Shown here piece after piece: positions 10,279 through 20,849 of a stretch of 64,000 nt of DNA (positions are counted from its first letter, which is position 1; every line of letters starts with the position of its first letter). The stretch covers positions 80,306-144,305 of the forward strand of contig OY759353.1 of assembly GCA_963662315.1 (NCBI GenBank). The letters run 5' to 3'. The DNA comes from Geopsychrobacteraceae bacterium. GTDB lineage: Bacteria > Desulfobacterota > Desulfuromonadia > Desulfuromonadales > Geopsychrobacteraceae. Under the pieces are notes generated by a model. That model ran no database searches. It had not been told where the DNA came from and was given only the letters and a program-made list of their open reading frames with translations. A program made the position numbers and the translations under genes.

Positions 10279-11048
10279 TCGAAGACGAATCTTTACGCAA
10301 AGAAAAACGTGAAAACGTCCGTAAGGGCGTGTATCTATTGCCAAACCTGATTACTGCTGCTGGAATTTTTGCTGGCTTTTATGTCATTATCGCTTCTACC
10401 AGTGGAGAGTACCAGAAGGCGGCGTGGTTTATTATGCTGGCTGCCGTTTTTGATGGCCTTGACGGGAAGGTCGCCAGGCTGACTGGTACCGCCAGCAAGT
10501 TCGGGGTTGAGCTTGATTCTCTGGCCGATGTTATTTCCTTTGGTGTCGCGCCGGGAGTGCTTCTCTATGAATGGGCGTTGCGCCCCTTTGGCAAGCTTGG
10601 CTGGTTGGCGGCATTTCTGTACGTGATTTGTGGCGCCCTTCGTCTGGCACGCTTTAATGTCCAGGTGGCAACGGTTGAATCGCGCCGTTTTATCGGGATG
10701 CCAATTCCGGCGGCAGCTTGTATCGTCGCGACCTGTGTTCTTCTGTTTTATGAACTGGGTGGCACTGGTACCATCAAAATGGTGTCGATGGTTTTTTTGG
10801 TGTTTTTGCTGGCGTTTCTGATGGTCTGCAACATTAAGTATCTGTCCTTAAAGGACCCTGAGTTATTTAAGCGGCAACCATTCATTATGCTGGTCCTGGC
10901 GATTATTTTATTGATTGTCATTGTCGCCAAGCCTGAAATTATGTTGTTCCTGATCGGTATGGCCTACCTTATTTCCGGGCCTGTCGGGTATTTCTTTAGT
11001 AGAAAGCGGCTGGGACTGCAAAAAGAAACGGAATCATCGTCGGAGTAA
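10275..11048 (+). CDS. pssA: CDP-diacylglycerol--serine O-phosphatidyltransferase
   Basis: GTG start overlaps the psd stop. Has the CDP-alcohol phosphatidyltransferase motif DGLDGKVARLTGTASKFGVELDSLADVISFG and is multi-TM. Confidence 0.9.
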   Translation: MIEDESLRKEKRENVRKGVYLLPNLITAAGIFAGFYVIIASTSGEYQKAAWFIMLAAVFDGLDGKVARLTGTASKFGVELDSLADVISFGVAPGVLLYEWALRPFGKLGWLAAFLYVICGALRLARFNVQVATVESRRFIGMPIPAAACIVATCVLLFYELGGTGTIKMVSMVFLVFLLAFLMVCNIKYLSLKDPELFKRQPFIMLVLAIILLIVIVAKPEIMLFLIGMAYLISGPVGYFFSRKRLGLQKETESSSE

Positions 11049-11099
11049 GACCTGTGCCGGATCAGGTGAACCGAACTGACAACAAAACGTTAAAATAAC

Positions 11100-11128
11100 T
11101 TGACTTGATTGAGCGTTTCGGTTTCAAT
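11100..11128 (+). promoter_or_regulatory. Candidate sigma70 promoter for the leu leader
   Basis: TTGACT (11100-11105), a 17-nt spacer, then TTCAAT (11123-11128). Confidence 0.4.
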
Positions 11129-11139
11129 CGATTCTCCAG

Positions 11140-11386
11140 ATAAAAGCGTTGAAGAGGAGTAGTAGGTTTTCTCATCCGTTTCAGAGAGCCGGTGGTTGCT
11201 GCAAACCGGTACGGAGGATGCTGAACTCGCCTCGGAGCTGTCAGGGTGAAGCCGCATGGTTAGCCTTGGTCGTGATCCTGCGTAAAGGGACAAAGAAGGC
11301 TTCGGGTTTTATTTCGAAGCGAACCAGGGTGGTACCGCGAAGTTTAAAGCTCTCGCCCCTGTTTTTACAGGGCGGGAGCTTTTTTT
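11140..11386 (+). promoter_or_regulatory. T-box leader (tRNA-sensing riboswitch), Leu specifier CUC, upstream of leuA
   Basis: Stem I has a GA/K-turn region, AGAGAG (11183-11188) and a CCGG/CCGG distal stem-loop. The specifier loop reads ..GAA-CUC-G, with CUC at 11226-11228. The conserved T-box AACCAGGGTGGTACCGCG lies at 11322-11339. An antiterminator with a 7-nt UGGUACC bulge competes with the terminator at 11348-11386. Confidence 0.8.
11348..11386 (+). terminator. Intrinsic terminator of the T-box expression platform
   Basis: AGCTCTCGCCCCTG pairs with CAGGGCGGGAGCT (one bulge, one G-U), followed by T7 (11380-11386). Confidence 0.8.
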
Positions 11387-11525
11387 GTTTAAACATCATG
11401 AAAGGGGGTGGTTCTGTCGTGGACTCTGACCTAAGTGACCTGCTGACGCAATACCAGTTGACCCAAACAATCGTTACGAACTGCCCCGGTCTTTGCTAGC
11501 TGGGGCTGAGCCAAAGGAGCCTTAT

Positions 11526-13064
11526 ATGAGCCAGGATAAAGTTATTGTTTTTGATACGACATTGCGTGACGGAGAACAGTCTCCGGGCGCAAGCATGAAT
11601 ATTGAAGAAAAACTGCGCATTGCCAGTCAGTTGGAGCGCCTTAATGTTGATGTTATGGAAGCAGGCTTTCCCATCGCCTCCGAGGGTGATTTCGAAGCTG
11701 TAAGGCGTATCGCGCAAACGATAAAAGGATGTCAGATCGCAGGGTTGTCCCGCGCCAATAATATGGATATCGACCGGGCCTGGGAAGCTTTGAAATATGC
11801 CGGTGAGCGGGCCAGAATCCATACCTTTATTGCGACCAGTGATATTCATATGAAGTATAAGCTCAAAATGAGTGAGCAACAGGTTCTGGATGCTGCCGTT
11901 GCTGCCGTGAAACGGGCTGCCGGTTATACGCCGAATGTTGAATTCTCGCCCGAAGATGCTACCCGTACGCGGTTACCGTTTTTGGCTCAGGTCGTCGAGG
12001 CGGTTATTGCTGCTGGCGCGACAACTGTCAATATTCCCGATACGGTTGGTTATACGATTCCGTCGGAGTACGCGACCATCATCTCCTACCTGAAAGAGAA
12101 CGTCAGCAATATTGATAAAGCTATCATTTCGGTACACTGTCACAATGACCTGGGGTTGGCTGTGGCCAACTCGCTGGCGGCGGTTCAGGCTGGCGCGCGT
12201 CAGGTTGAGTGCACTATTAACGGTATTGGCGAACGGGCCGGGAACTGTTCGCTGGAAGAGATTGTCATGGCGTTGAAAACAAGACATGACATCCTGCCGT
12301 TTGTTACAGATGTCCAGACTGAGCACATTACCCCGGCCAGTAAGTTACTTTCCACTATTACTGGGTTGCTCATCCAGCCGAACAAGGCAATTGTCGGCGC
12401 CAATGCTTTTGCCCATGAAGCCGGGATCCATCAGCATGGTGTCCTGATGGATAAGTCAACCTATGAGATTATGACCCCAGAGTCCGTTGGCCTTAATCAA
12501 AACAAGCTGGTCCTCGGCAAACATTCCGGGCGCCATGCTTTTATCGATCGCCTCTCCCAGCTCGGGTACGATCTGTCCCGGGAAGAGAGTGAGAAGGCCT
12601 TCGTGCGCTTCAAAGCTTTGGCGGATATGAAAAAAGCTATCTTCGATGAAGATCTCGATGCCATTGTTGCAGATGAAGTGCTGCGGGTCCCCGAGGTTTA
12701 TAAGCTGTTGCAGATGAACGTCAGTTCCGGATCTTTTGCAGCGCCGACCGCGACTGTTGAAATGGAAGTCGACGGCAAGGTGAAGAAAACCGCTGTCATG
12801 GGGGATGGTCCTGTTGATGCGACATTCAAGGCGATTAAGAAGCTGACCAAAAGCAAGGCGCCACTGTTGACCTTTTCCGTTGGCGCAATTACCGGCGGGA
12901 CCGATGCCCAGGGAGAGTGTACCGTACGTCTTCAGGCTGAAGAGGGCCGCGAAGTAATTGGCCAGGGTGCGCACCCTGATATTGTTGTGGCCAGTGCCAA
13001 AGCTTATATCAACGCATTGAATAAAATTGTCAACAAACCGGTTAAAACCAATCCTCAGATCTGA
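11526..13064 (+). CDS. leuA: 2-isopropylmalate synthase
   Basis: ATG at 11526 after [26 protein letters not shown]...[17 protein letters not shown].. and a C-terminal LeuA dimerisation/regulatory domain. Confidence 0.95.
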   Translation: MSQDKVIVFDTTLRDGEQSPGASMNIEEKLRIASQLERLNVDVMEAGFPIASEGDFEAVRRIAQTIKGCQIAGLSRANNMDIDRAWEALKYAGERARIHTFIATSDIHMKYKLKMSEQQVLDAAVAAVKRAAGYTPNVEFSPEDATRTRLPFLAQVVEAVIAAGATTVNIPDTVGYTIPSEYATIISYLKENVSNIDKAIISVHCHNDLGLAVANSLAAVQAGARQVECTINGIGERAGNCSLEEIVMALKTRHDILPFVTDVQTEHITPASKLLSTITGLLIQPNKAIVGANAFAHEAGIHQHGVLMDKSTYEIMTPESVGLNQNKLVLGKHSGRHAFIDRLSQLGYDLSREESEKAFVRFKALADMKKAIFDEDLDAIVADEVLRVPEVYKLLQMNVSSGSFAAPTATVEMEVDGKVKKTAVMGDGPVDATFKAIKKLTKSKAPLLTFSVGAITGGTDAQGECTVRLQAEEGREVIGQGAHPDIVVASAKAYINALNKIVNKPVKTNPQI

Positions 13065-13096
13065 GAATGGTACAGATAATATAGACAGGAGATTTC

Positions 13097-14380
13097 ATGG
13101 GCAGGACATTAGCTGAAAAAATTTTTGACAGTCATTTGCGTGACGAACCCTTTGCCGGCACAAAAGTTCTCGATCTCGATCGGGTTTTGTGTCACGAAAT
13201 TACCACCCCGGTCGCTATTGCCGATCTGGTCTGGCGTGACAAGGACAGGGTCTTTGACAAGGACAAGATCAAGGTTGTCATTGATCACGTTACTCCGGCG
13301 AAAGATTCCAAGACCGCAACCCAGGCCAAAATCCTGCGGGATTGGGCTCGGCGGCACGAAATTCCTGACTTTTTTGATGTCGGTCGTAATGGGGTGTGTC
13401 ATGCTATTTTCCCGGAAAAGGGTTATATCCGCCCTGGGTTCACGGTCATTATGGGGGACAGCCACACCTGTACCCACGGGGCCTTCGGGGCTTTTGCGGC
13501 AGGTGTCGGAACCACTGATCTCGAAGTGGGTATTCTCAAAGGGGTTTGCGCTTTCCGTGAACCCGCTTCCATAAAGGTCAATCTGACCGGCCGTCTGGCC
13601 ACAGGGGTTTATGCCAAAGATGTCATTCTTCATGTCATTGCCCAACTGGGCATGAATGGTGCCACTGATCATGTTATTGAGTTCAGAGGTCCGGTTGTTG
13701 ATGCCATGAGTATGGAAGCCCGGATGACGCTCTGTAATATGGCCATTGAGGCAGGTGGAACTTCCGGTATCTGTATGCCGGACATGGTGACCGTTGACTA
13801 TTTGTGGGATTTCATCAAGGACGATTACGCCGACAAAGCAGCTGCTTTGGCCGACTATCAGCAGTGGGTTTCTGACGACGACGCAGTCTATGCCAAAGTG
13901 CTCGATATTGATGTGACGAATCTCGAGCCTCAGGCCACTTTTGACTACAAGCCTGATTGCGTCAAAGCCGTTAAGGACCTGGCCGGGACCCGGGTGGATC
14001 AGATCTATATCGGAACCTGCACCAACGGACGGATTGAAGATCTGCGCCAGGCGGCTGAAATCCTCAAAGGGCGTAAAATTGCTGATTCCGTGCGTGCCAT
14101 TGTTTCACCGGCGACACCGAAGATCTTTAATGATGCTCTGGCTGAAGGGCTGATTCAGATTTTTATGGATGCTGGCTTCTGTGTTACCAATCCCACCTGT
14201 GGTGCCTGTCTGGGGATGAGTAACGGGGTTCTCGCAGAAGGTGAAGTTTGTGCTTCGACCAGTAACCGTAATTTTAACGGGCGGATGGGTAAGGGTGGCA
14301 TGGTTCATCTGATGAGCCCGGCAACCGCTGCGGCAAGTGCCATCACCGGTGTTATCACCGATGCCAGAACCCTCGCTTAG
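13097..14380 (+). CDS. leuC: 3-isopropylmalate dehydratase, large subunit
   Basis: 427 aa of the aconitase family (GDSHTCTHGAFGAFA, CTNGR, ASTSNRNFNGRMG). Sits between leuA and leuD. Confidence 0.9.
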   Translation: MGRTLAEKIFDSHLRDEPFAGTKVLDLDRVLCHEITTPVAIADLVWRDKDRVFDKDKIKVVIDHVTPAKDSKTATQAKILRDWARRHEIPDFFDVGRNGVCHAIFPEKGYIRPGFTVIMGDSHTCTHGAFGAFAAGVGTTDLEVGILKGVCAFREPASIKVNLTGRLATGVYAKDVILHVIAQLGMNGATDHVIEFRGPVVDAMSMEARMTLCNMAIEAGGTSGICMPDMVTVDYLWDFIKDDYADKAAALADYQQWVSDDDAVYAKVLDIDVTNLEPQATFDYKPDCVKAVKDLAGTRVDQIYIGTCTNGRIEDLRQAAEILKGRKIADSVRAIVSPATPKIFNDALAEGLIQIFMDAGFCVTNPTCGACLGMSNGVLAEGEVCASTSNRNFNGRMGKGGMVHLMSPATAAASAITGVITDARTLA

Positions 14381-14395
14381 TTCAGGAGTTTAATC

Positions 14396-14926
14396 ATGCA
14401 GAAAAAATTTGGTGGAACGGCCATTTTTCTTGACCGCTCCGATATCAATACCGATGAAATCATTCCGGCCAAGTATTTGACCGAGGTCACTAAAGAGGCG
14501 TTGCGTCCGTATATCCTTGAAGATCTGAAACTTGAAGGGTTTGACCCTAAAGGGAATAAGCTTCAAGAAGCTACCGTGGTTATTTCCCGTGAGAACTTCG
14601 GTTGTGGTTCTTCGCGCGAACATGCCCCGTGGGTGTTTGAGGTGAACGACGTGCATACGATTATCGCCGAAAGTTACGCCCGTATTTTCCGTCAGAATAT
14701 GTTCAACTGCGGAATGCTTGCCATTGAATTGCCAAAGGCCGATATTGATGCTCTGATCTCCCTGCAGGAGCAGGGGGCTGTGGTGATTTCTGTTGATCTT
14801 GATCTGCAGAATGTCTCCGCAACTGCAGGCTCGGAGACAAAAACGTTCAGCTTTAATATTTCCGCTTTTGACAAGGCTCTGGTCGAGGCTGGCGGCTGGG
14901 TCGAGTTTGCAGATGCCAGATACTGA
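14396..14926 (+). CDS. leuD: 3-isopropylmalate dehydratase, small subunit
   Basis: 176-aa aconitase swivel domain (NTDEIIPAKYL..., ENFGCGSSREHAPW). Confidence 0.9.
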   Translation: MQKKFGGTAIFLDRSDINTDEIIPAKYLTEVTKEALRPYILEDLKLEGFDPKGNKLQEATVVISRENFGCGSSREHAPWVFEVNDVHTIIAESYARIFRQNMFNCGMLAIELPKADIDALISLQEQGAVVISVDLDLQNVSATAGSETKTFSFNISAFDKALVEAGGWVEFADARY

Positions 14927-14957
14927 AAATCACCGGTATAGGAACCGGTGATTTTCA
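14922..14957. terminator. 15-bp perfect palindromic hairpin overlapping the leuD stop codon (probable terminator)
   Basis: CTGAAAATCACCGGT (14922-14936) pairs with ACCGGTGATTTTCAG (14943-14957), with a 6-nt loop. The A/T runs lie inside the stem on both strands. Confidence 0.55.
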
Positions 14958-14975
14958 GATCACTAAGTTACTGTT

Positions 14976-15001
14976 TTAAGATCACGCGAACCTGCTGTTA
15001 G
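14976..15001. terminator. 10-bp hairpin just 3' of the reverse dsbC-like gene
   Basis: GCGAACCTGC (14976-14985) pairs with GCAGGTTCGC (14992-15001). No strong U-tract. Confidence 0.45.
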
Positions 15002-15012
15002 GCAGGTTCGCT

Positions 15013-15750
15013 CTATTTGCTTTTATTGATTTCCTCAAGCAATACATCCAGCGGTCGGTACCCGGGAACGATCTGGCCGTTTGGCATAATCATGGTTGGA
15101 GTACCACGAATCCCAAGTTGCTGGGCGAGTTGCACATTTTTTTCCGGCGCGTCTGTCTGACAGGTTGGCTCGGGCAGGGATTTCCCGGCAAAGGCAAGCT
15201 CCAGCTGTTCCATTGACTGGTTGCAGACAATGGTCCGGGAAATTTCTTTTGAGCTTTGCTTAAATGGTGAAATCTTTATCTTGAAGGTCAACGACGGGTC
15301 TTTGTCAACGGCTTCATGCAGTACCTGGTGTAGTTTGCTGCAATAAGGACAATGCGGATCAGTAAAGACGATTATTGGCCGCTTGTTGTCCGCCGCACCG
15401 AGGGTGAGAGCATCGTCCAGAGGAATGGCCGATACATCGACAGGGTTGAGTGCTTTGTAAGCTTCTTCAGTCAGGTTGACCCGGTTTTTAATCAGGATGA
15501 TGTTGCCGCTGAACAGATAGGTTCCGGTGGAATCGATGTAAAGCGGATAGATTTTCCCCTGCATCTTCATGTTGACCTGCAATATTCCGGGAATGTCTGT
15601 TGCGGCCACAGACTCGACGTCCCCCTGAATGCCACTGAGAATTTTAATAACGGCCTCCTTGTCCAGAAGTTGTGGATTCTCCGTGGCCGCCGAGACTCCG
15701 GAGCCTATAAATAAGGCTAGGAAGACTAAAGATAATAGCGTTTTCCGCAT
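15013..15750 (-). CDS. Periplasmic thiol:disulfide interchange protein, DsbC/DsbG-like
   Basis: ATG at 15750 after AAGGAG. Has a signal peptide (MRKTLLSLVFLALFIGSGVSA), a thioredoxin fold with CPYC (DPHCPYCSKLH), and a C-terminal GTPTMIM cis-Pro-loop-like motif. Confidence 0.8.
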   Translation of the reverse strand: MRKTLLSLVFLALFIGSGVSAATENPQLLDKEAVIKILSGIQGDVESVAATDIPGILQVNMKMQGKIYPLYIDSTGTYLFSGNIILIKNRVNLTEEAYKALNPVDVSAIPLDDALTLGAADNKRPIIVFTDPHCPYCSKLHQVLHEAVDKDPSLTFKIKISPFKQSSKEISRTIVCNQSMEQLELAFAGKSLPEPTCQTDAPEKNVQLAQQLGIRGTPTMIMPNGQIVPGYRPLDVLLEEINKSK

Positions 15751-15841
15751 AAATGGACTCCTTAGGGTTAAAAGAATAAACAAGTCAAAACCTTAGCACA
15801 GTCGGGATGCTGTTGTCAGTATTCAGGTGAGTAAAAATGGT

Positions 15842-15870
15842 TTGACAAAAAAATGACCCCTTCCTATATT
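15842..15870 (+). promoter_or_regulatory. Candidate sigma70 promoter for leuB
   Basis: TTGACA (15842-15847), a 17-nt spacer, then TATATT (15865-15870). Confidence 0.45.
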
Positions 15871-15886
15871 TTGGCCATTTTTATAA

Positions 15887-17026
<1,140 letters not shown>

Positions 17027-17053
17027 TGCCAAGCGATAACCCTGACCAATCTT

Positions 17054-17079
17054 AAAGGGAGCCTGCGGGCTCCCTTTTC
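17054..17079 (+). terminator. Rho-independent terminator after leuB
   Basis: AAAGGGAGCC (17054-17063) pairs with GGCTCCCTTT (17068-17077), with a 4-nt loop and a T-run. Confidence 0.8.
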
Positions 17080-17091
17080 TGACTGCAGATT

Positions 17092-17853
17092 ATGCAAAAA
17101 ACACAGCTTTTATTTCAGGGGGGAGATTCCTTCCTGCATCGTTTAGATCCCCGTGTCAAGTTGATCCTTGCGGGCGCTCTGGTGGGCTGTTTGTTTTCAA
17201 GCCTGGCGCCACTGCGACTCGGTTTGATCGCCGGAATCTGGGCTGTTGGTGCTCTGCTTGCCAGGCAGTCGGTTGTGCATGTGTGGCGAATATTCCGGCT
17301 GCTTAAATGGTTGTTGCTGTTTTCTTTACTGCTGCATCTTTTTTTTACTCCCGGACAGACGCTGTTCGGGGTGCGCTGGCTGAGCCTTGATGGTCTGGTG
17401 AATGGTCTGTGTGTCGACGCCCAGATTGTGCTGGCCGTGCTTATTTCGTTGTTGGTTTCGCTGACGACAAGCGCGGAGGATCTCAGTTCTGCATTGACCA
17501 GTGTTTTGTCTCCGCTGCGGATAGTGAAAGTACCGGTTCACGAAATCGGGGCCATGTGTACACTAGTGTTGTATTTTTTCCCTCTGTTGAAGGCTGAACT
17601 TCTTGCGTTAAAACCACGCAAGGGACGCTCCGGATTGCCAGTGCTGGCCAGGTTACGCGTTTGGTCTGAACAGCTGGAGCTGGTTTTGATGAAACTTCTG
17701 GACCAGGGTGATCAGCTTGCCTGCGATATTGTTGCTCGTGAAGCGGCAGATCCGTCTTTTGATCGTGGCGTTGCCGTACGTCCTGTTGGTGTCAGGTCGC
17801 TGGTTGTCCTGTTTGGTGGCTTGTTGGTTGTGTTTCTGATGTGGCGGGTGTAA
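17092..17853 (+). CDS. ECF-transporter T component / CbiQ-family membrane protein
   Basis: 253 aa and multi-TM. The N-terminal FLHRLDPRVKLIL motif is typical of the EcfT/CbiQ family. Lies immediately upstream of truA. Confidence 0.7.
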   Translation: MQKTQLLFQGGDSFLHRLDPRVKLILAGALVGCLFSSLAPLRLGLIAGIWAVGALLARQSVVHVWRIFRLLKWLLLFSLLLHLFFTPGQTLFGVRWLSLDGLVNGLCVDAQIVLAVLISLLVSLTTSAEDLSSALTSVLSPLRIVKVPVHEIGAMCTLVLYFFPLLKAELLALKPRKGRSGLPVLARLRVWSEQLELVLMKLLDQGDQLACDIVAREAADPSFDRGVAVRPVGVRSLVVLFGGLLVVFLMWRV

Positions 17854-17856
17854 TTG

Positions 17857-18591
17857 ATGCCCAGGATTGTTTTAACCGTGTCCTATGATGGCAGTGCCTA
17901 TGTCGGCTGGCAATGCCAGCCTAACGGAATCTCGGTCCAGCAACGTATTGAGGAAGCCGTTGAAAGGTTGAGTGGCTCTTTTCTGCGTCTGCATTCTTCT
18001 GGACGTACTGACGCAGGAGTCCACGCCCGGGGGATGGTCTGCCATTTCGATACTGACGCTGGTCTGCCGCTGACGGCATGGCGGGATGGTTTGAACAGGT
18101 ATCTGCCTGACGATATTGCTGTGCAGGATGCGCGCATTGCAGCCCCTGATTTTCATGCACGTTTTTCTTCAACCGGCAAGCTGTATCGCTATCAGATTTT
18201 ATCTGCGGCGGTACGTTCACCGTTGGAGCGCGGGCAGGCCTGGCATGTCAAGAAAGCCTTGGACCTTGACATGATGCGAACTGCAGCGGAGTTCTTTGTC
18301 GGTGAACACGATTACGCTTCATTTCGCACCACCGGTTGCGCGGCCAAAACTACAGTGCGGACTGTTTTCGGAGTCGACATACGCGTGCTTGGCCAGGTGG
18401 TCCAGATTGATGTTCATGGTAGCGGTTTTCTCAAAAATATGGTACGGATGATGGTTGGTACTCTGGTGGAGGTCGGTCTCGGCAAACGCTCCGCAGAGGA
18501 TGTTGCCACACTGCTTTCCCGACCCGGGTCAGTCCGTCCCGCATTGACCGCTCCGGCCCATGGGCTATGTCTAATCAAGGTTTTTTACTGA
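17857..18591 (+). CDS. truA: tRNA pseudouridine(38-40) synthase
   Basis: ATG at 17857 (a TTG at 17854 is also in frame). VSYDGSAYVGWQCQP...SSGRTDAGVHA (catalytic Asp)...GSGFLKNMVRMMVG. Confidence 0.9.
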   Translation: MPRIVLTVSYDGSAYVGWQCQPNGISVQQRIEEAVERLSGSFLRLHSSGRTDAGVHARGMVCHFDTDAGLPLTAWRDGLNRYLPDDIAVQDARIAAPDFHARFSSTGKLYRYQILSAAVRSPLERGQAWHVKKALDLDMMRTAAEFFVGEHDYASFRTTGCAAKTTVRTVFGVDIRVLGQVVQIDVHGSGFLKNMVRMMVGTLVEVGLGKRSAEDVATLLSRPGSVRPALTAPAHGLCLIKVFY

Positions 18592-18660
18592 AATCGATGG
18601 CGGGGTGAGGGGGGAAATATTGGCCTGACGAAAGGCGGGAAAATTTGTTGAGAAAATGTC

Positions 18661-18689
18661 TTGACAGATAGGTCTTTGTCAGATAAGTT
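18661..18689 (+). promoter_or_regulatory. Candidate sigma70 promoter for rplM-rpsI
   Basis: TTGACA (18661-18666), a 17-nt spacer, then TAAGTT (18684-18689). Confidence 0.4.
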
Positions 18690-18744
18690 TACCGCTTTGT
18701 GAGCCCCACAACCCTTTAGAGATAGATGTTTGGAGAGGAATGCG

Positions 18745-19173
18745 ATGAGTACTCAAGTCGCTAAAGAGCATGAAGTTGTAAGAGACTGGTTTGTTGTCGA
18801 TCTGGAGGATGTTGTTCTCGGTCGAGCAGCGACTGAAATCGCCCGTGTTTTGCGTGGCAAGCATAAGGCAATTTACACCCCAAGTGTTGACACCGGTGAT
18901 TTTGTTATCGTTGTCAATGCCGACAAACTCAAGCTGACCGGTAACAAACTGGCTGATAAGAAGTACTATCGTCATACCGGGTTTCCAGGTGGGATTCGCG
19001 AGATTACCGCTGAGAAGTTGCTTGATAAAAAGCCGGAAATGCTGATTCAGGCTGCTGTTAAAGGAATGCTGCCCAAGAATAAGCTGGGTCGTAAAATGTT
19101 TAGTAAACTTAAGGTTTATGCCGGAGGCGAACATCCTCATGCCGCCCAGCAACCTAAAGAACTGAAGTTTTAA
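18745..19173 (+). CDS. rplM: 50S ribosomal protein L13
   Basis: ATG at 18745 after [53 protein letters not shown] is a clear L13 sequence. Confidence 0.95.
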   Translation: MSTQVAKEHEVVRDWFVVDLEDVVLGRAATEIARVLRGKHKAIYTPSVDTGDFVIVVNADKLKLTGNKLADKKYYRHTGFPGGIREITAEKLLDKKPEMLIQAAVKGMLPKNKLGRKMFSKLKVYAGGEHPHAAQQPKELKF

Positions 19174-19189
19174 TCAGGGAGATATTTAG

Positions 19190-19582
19190 ATGGCTGAGCA
19201 GAAGTTTTATGCCACTGGCAAAAGAAAAACCTCGATCGCCCGTGTCTGGTTGAAACCAGGTTCAGGTGAAATTGTTGTCAATAAGCGTCCTCTGGATGTC
19301 TTTTTTGGCCGTGAAACCTCCAAGATGGTTGTCCGCCAGCCTTTGGAATTGACCAATAACTCCGGCAAATTTGACATTTTTGTTAATGTTGCTGGTGGTG
19401 GTGCTTCCGGTCAGGCTGGTGCTATCAAGCACGGTATTACCAAGGCCTTGCTTGAGGTTGATCCGGAATTGCGTGCGGTTCTGAAAAAAGCGGGTTTCAT
19501 TACTCGTGACAGCCGTGTTAAAGAACGTAAGAAATACGGTCGTGCAGCTGCTCGCCGGAGTTTCCAGTTCTCCAAACGTTAA
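19190..19582 (+). CDS. rpsI: 30S ribosomal protein S9
   Basis: [20 protein letters not shown]...[19 protein letters not shown]...[25 protein letters not shown] is a clear S9 sequence. Confidence 0.95.
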   Translation: MAEQKFYATGKRKTSIARVWLKPGSGEIVVNKRPLDVFFGRETSKMVVRQPLELTNNSGKFDIFVNVAGGGASGQAGAIKHGITKALLEVDPELRAVLKKAGFITRDSRVKERKKYGRAAARRSFQFSKR

Positions 19583-19620
19583 TTGTTTCGACAATTTCTG
19601 TTTGTACACAGGTTTATCAA

Positions 19621-19651
19621 AAGGGAAATCCGCAAGGGTTTCCCTTTTTTT
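19621..19651 (+). terminator. Rho-independent terminator after rpsI
   Basis: GGGAAATCC, GCAA loop, GGGTTTCCC, followed by T7. Confidence 0.85.
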
Positions 19652-19749
19652 ATCTTCAGGTGTAATTTGGGGTCTGTTCAGCGCCAGTTTTGGATCTGTT
19701 ATTGATCCCTGGCAGCTTGGCCATCTTTTCGAAGTATGCGGAGATTATT

Positions 19750-20787
19750 ATGATCAATGTTTCAGTTATCGGCGCAAGTGGGTATACCGGGGTTGAACTG
19801 CTGAGGCTCCTGGTTAATCATCCGCAGGTTAATATCGTCAGTGTGACATCGAGGCAGCATGAGGGGGCCCCAATCAGCAAGGCGTTCCCTTCGTTAAGCG
19901 GATTCTGCGATCTGGTCTGTGAAGTATTGGATGTTCAGGCTATTGCAGCCAAGTCGGATCTCGTATTTACAGCGTTACCGCATAAATCTGCCATGGAAGT
20001 CATTCCAGATTTTCTGGCTGCGGGCTGTAAGGTTGTTGATCTGTCTGCGGATTATCGGCTGCGTGATAAAGATGTCTATGAAAAATGGTATCAGGAGCAT
20101 ACCAGTCCTGCTTTGTTGGCTGAAGCTGTTTACGGATTGCCCGAACGGTATCGTTCTGCGATAGAGAGCGCCCGTTTGGTAGCCAATCCTGGGTGCTATC
20201 CTACGACAGTTATTCTTGGTCTGCTGCCGCTTCTCGAGCAGAAACTGATCGATCCTGAAACACTTATCATTGATAGTAAATCGGGAACCAGCGGTGCCGG
20301 ACGCGGTGCGAAACAGGGGAGCCTGTTTTGTGAGGTTAATGAGGGATTTAAGGCCTATGGTGTCGCCAACCATCGACATACTCCTGAAATTGAGCAGGAA
20401 TTGTCCAGTGTTTTCGGCGCCCCGGTACTGGTTAATTTTACACCCCATTTGTTACCAATAAACCGCGGTATGTTGTCAACCTGTTACGCCAAGGTGACTG
20501 ACGTTACCAGCACAGATGCACTGCTTAAGCTCTATCGGGACCGTTATGCCGGAGACCCCTGCATACGGATTATGCCTGGCGGGGAGCTGCCTAATATTGC
20601 TTACGTACAAGGAACCAATCTGTGTGATATCGGTCTTGTTTACGATCAGAGGACTCAGCGGGTGATTGTTGTCAGTGTTATTGATAATCTGGTCAAGGGC
20701 GCATCTGGTCAAGCGGTCCAGAATATGAATATCATGTGTGGCTTTGATGAATTGCTTGGTTTGGGGATTTTACCGACTTTCCCTTAG
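19750..20787 (+). CDS. argC: N-acetyl-gamma-glutamyl-phosphate reductase
   Basis: ATG at 19750 after [22 protein letters not shown]...ANPGCYPT (catalytic Cys)...[17 protein letters not shown]. Confidence 0.92.
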   Translation: MINVSVIGASGYTGVELLRLLVNHPQVNIVSVTSRQHEGAPISKAFPSLSGFCDLVCEVLDVQAIAAKSDLVFTALPHKSAMEVIPDFLAAGCKVVDLSADYRLRDKDVYEKWYQEHTSPALLAEAVYGLPERYRSAIESARLVANPGCYPTTVILGLLPLLEQKLIDPETLIIDSKSGTSGAGRGAKQGSLFCEVNEGFKAYGVANHRHTPEIEQELSSVFGAPVLVNFTPHLLPINRGMLSTCYAKVTDVTSTDALLKLYRDRYAGDPCIRIMPGGELPNIAYVQGTNLCDIGLVYDQRTQRVIVVSVIDNLVKGASGQAVQNMNIMCGFDELLGLGILPTFP

Positions 20788-20849
20788 GCCGGAAATAGAG
20801 TACTCTACCCCGTTAAGATTCGTTCTTGATTTGATTTGTGGTGGTGTTT

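Noticed and set aside
11149-11499. 116-aa ORF (+) and 67-aa ORF (-, 11090-11293) in the pssA-leuA spacer.
   Set aside because: The region is fully explained by a T-box leader RNA with its terminator. The ORFs have no SD and run through the terminator hairpin.
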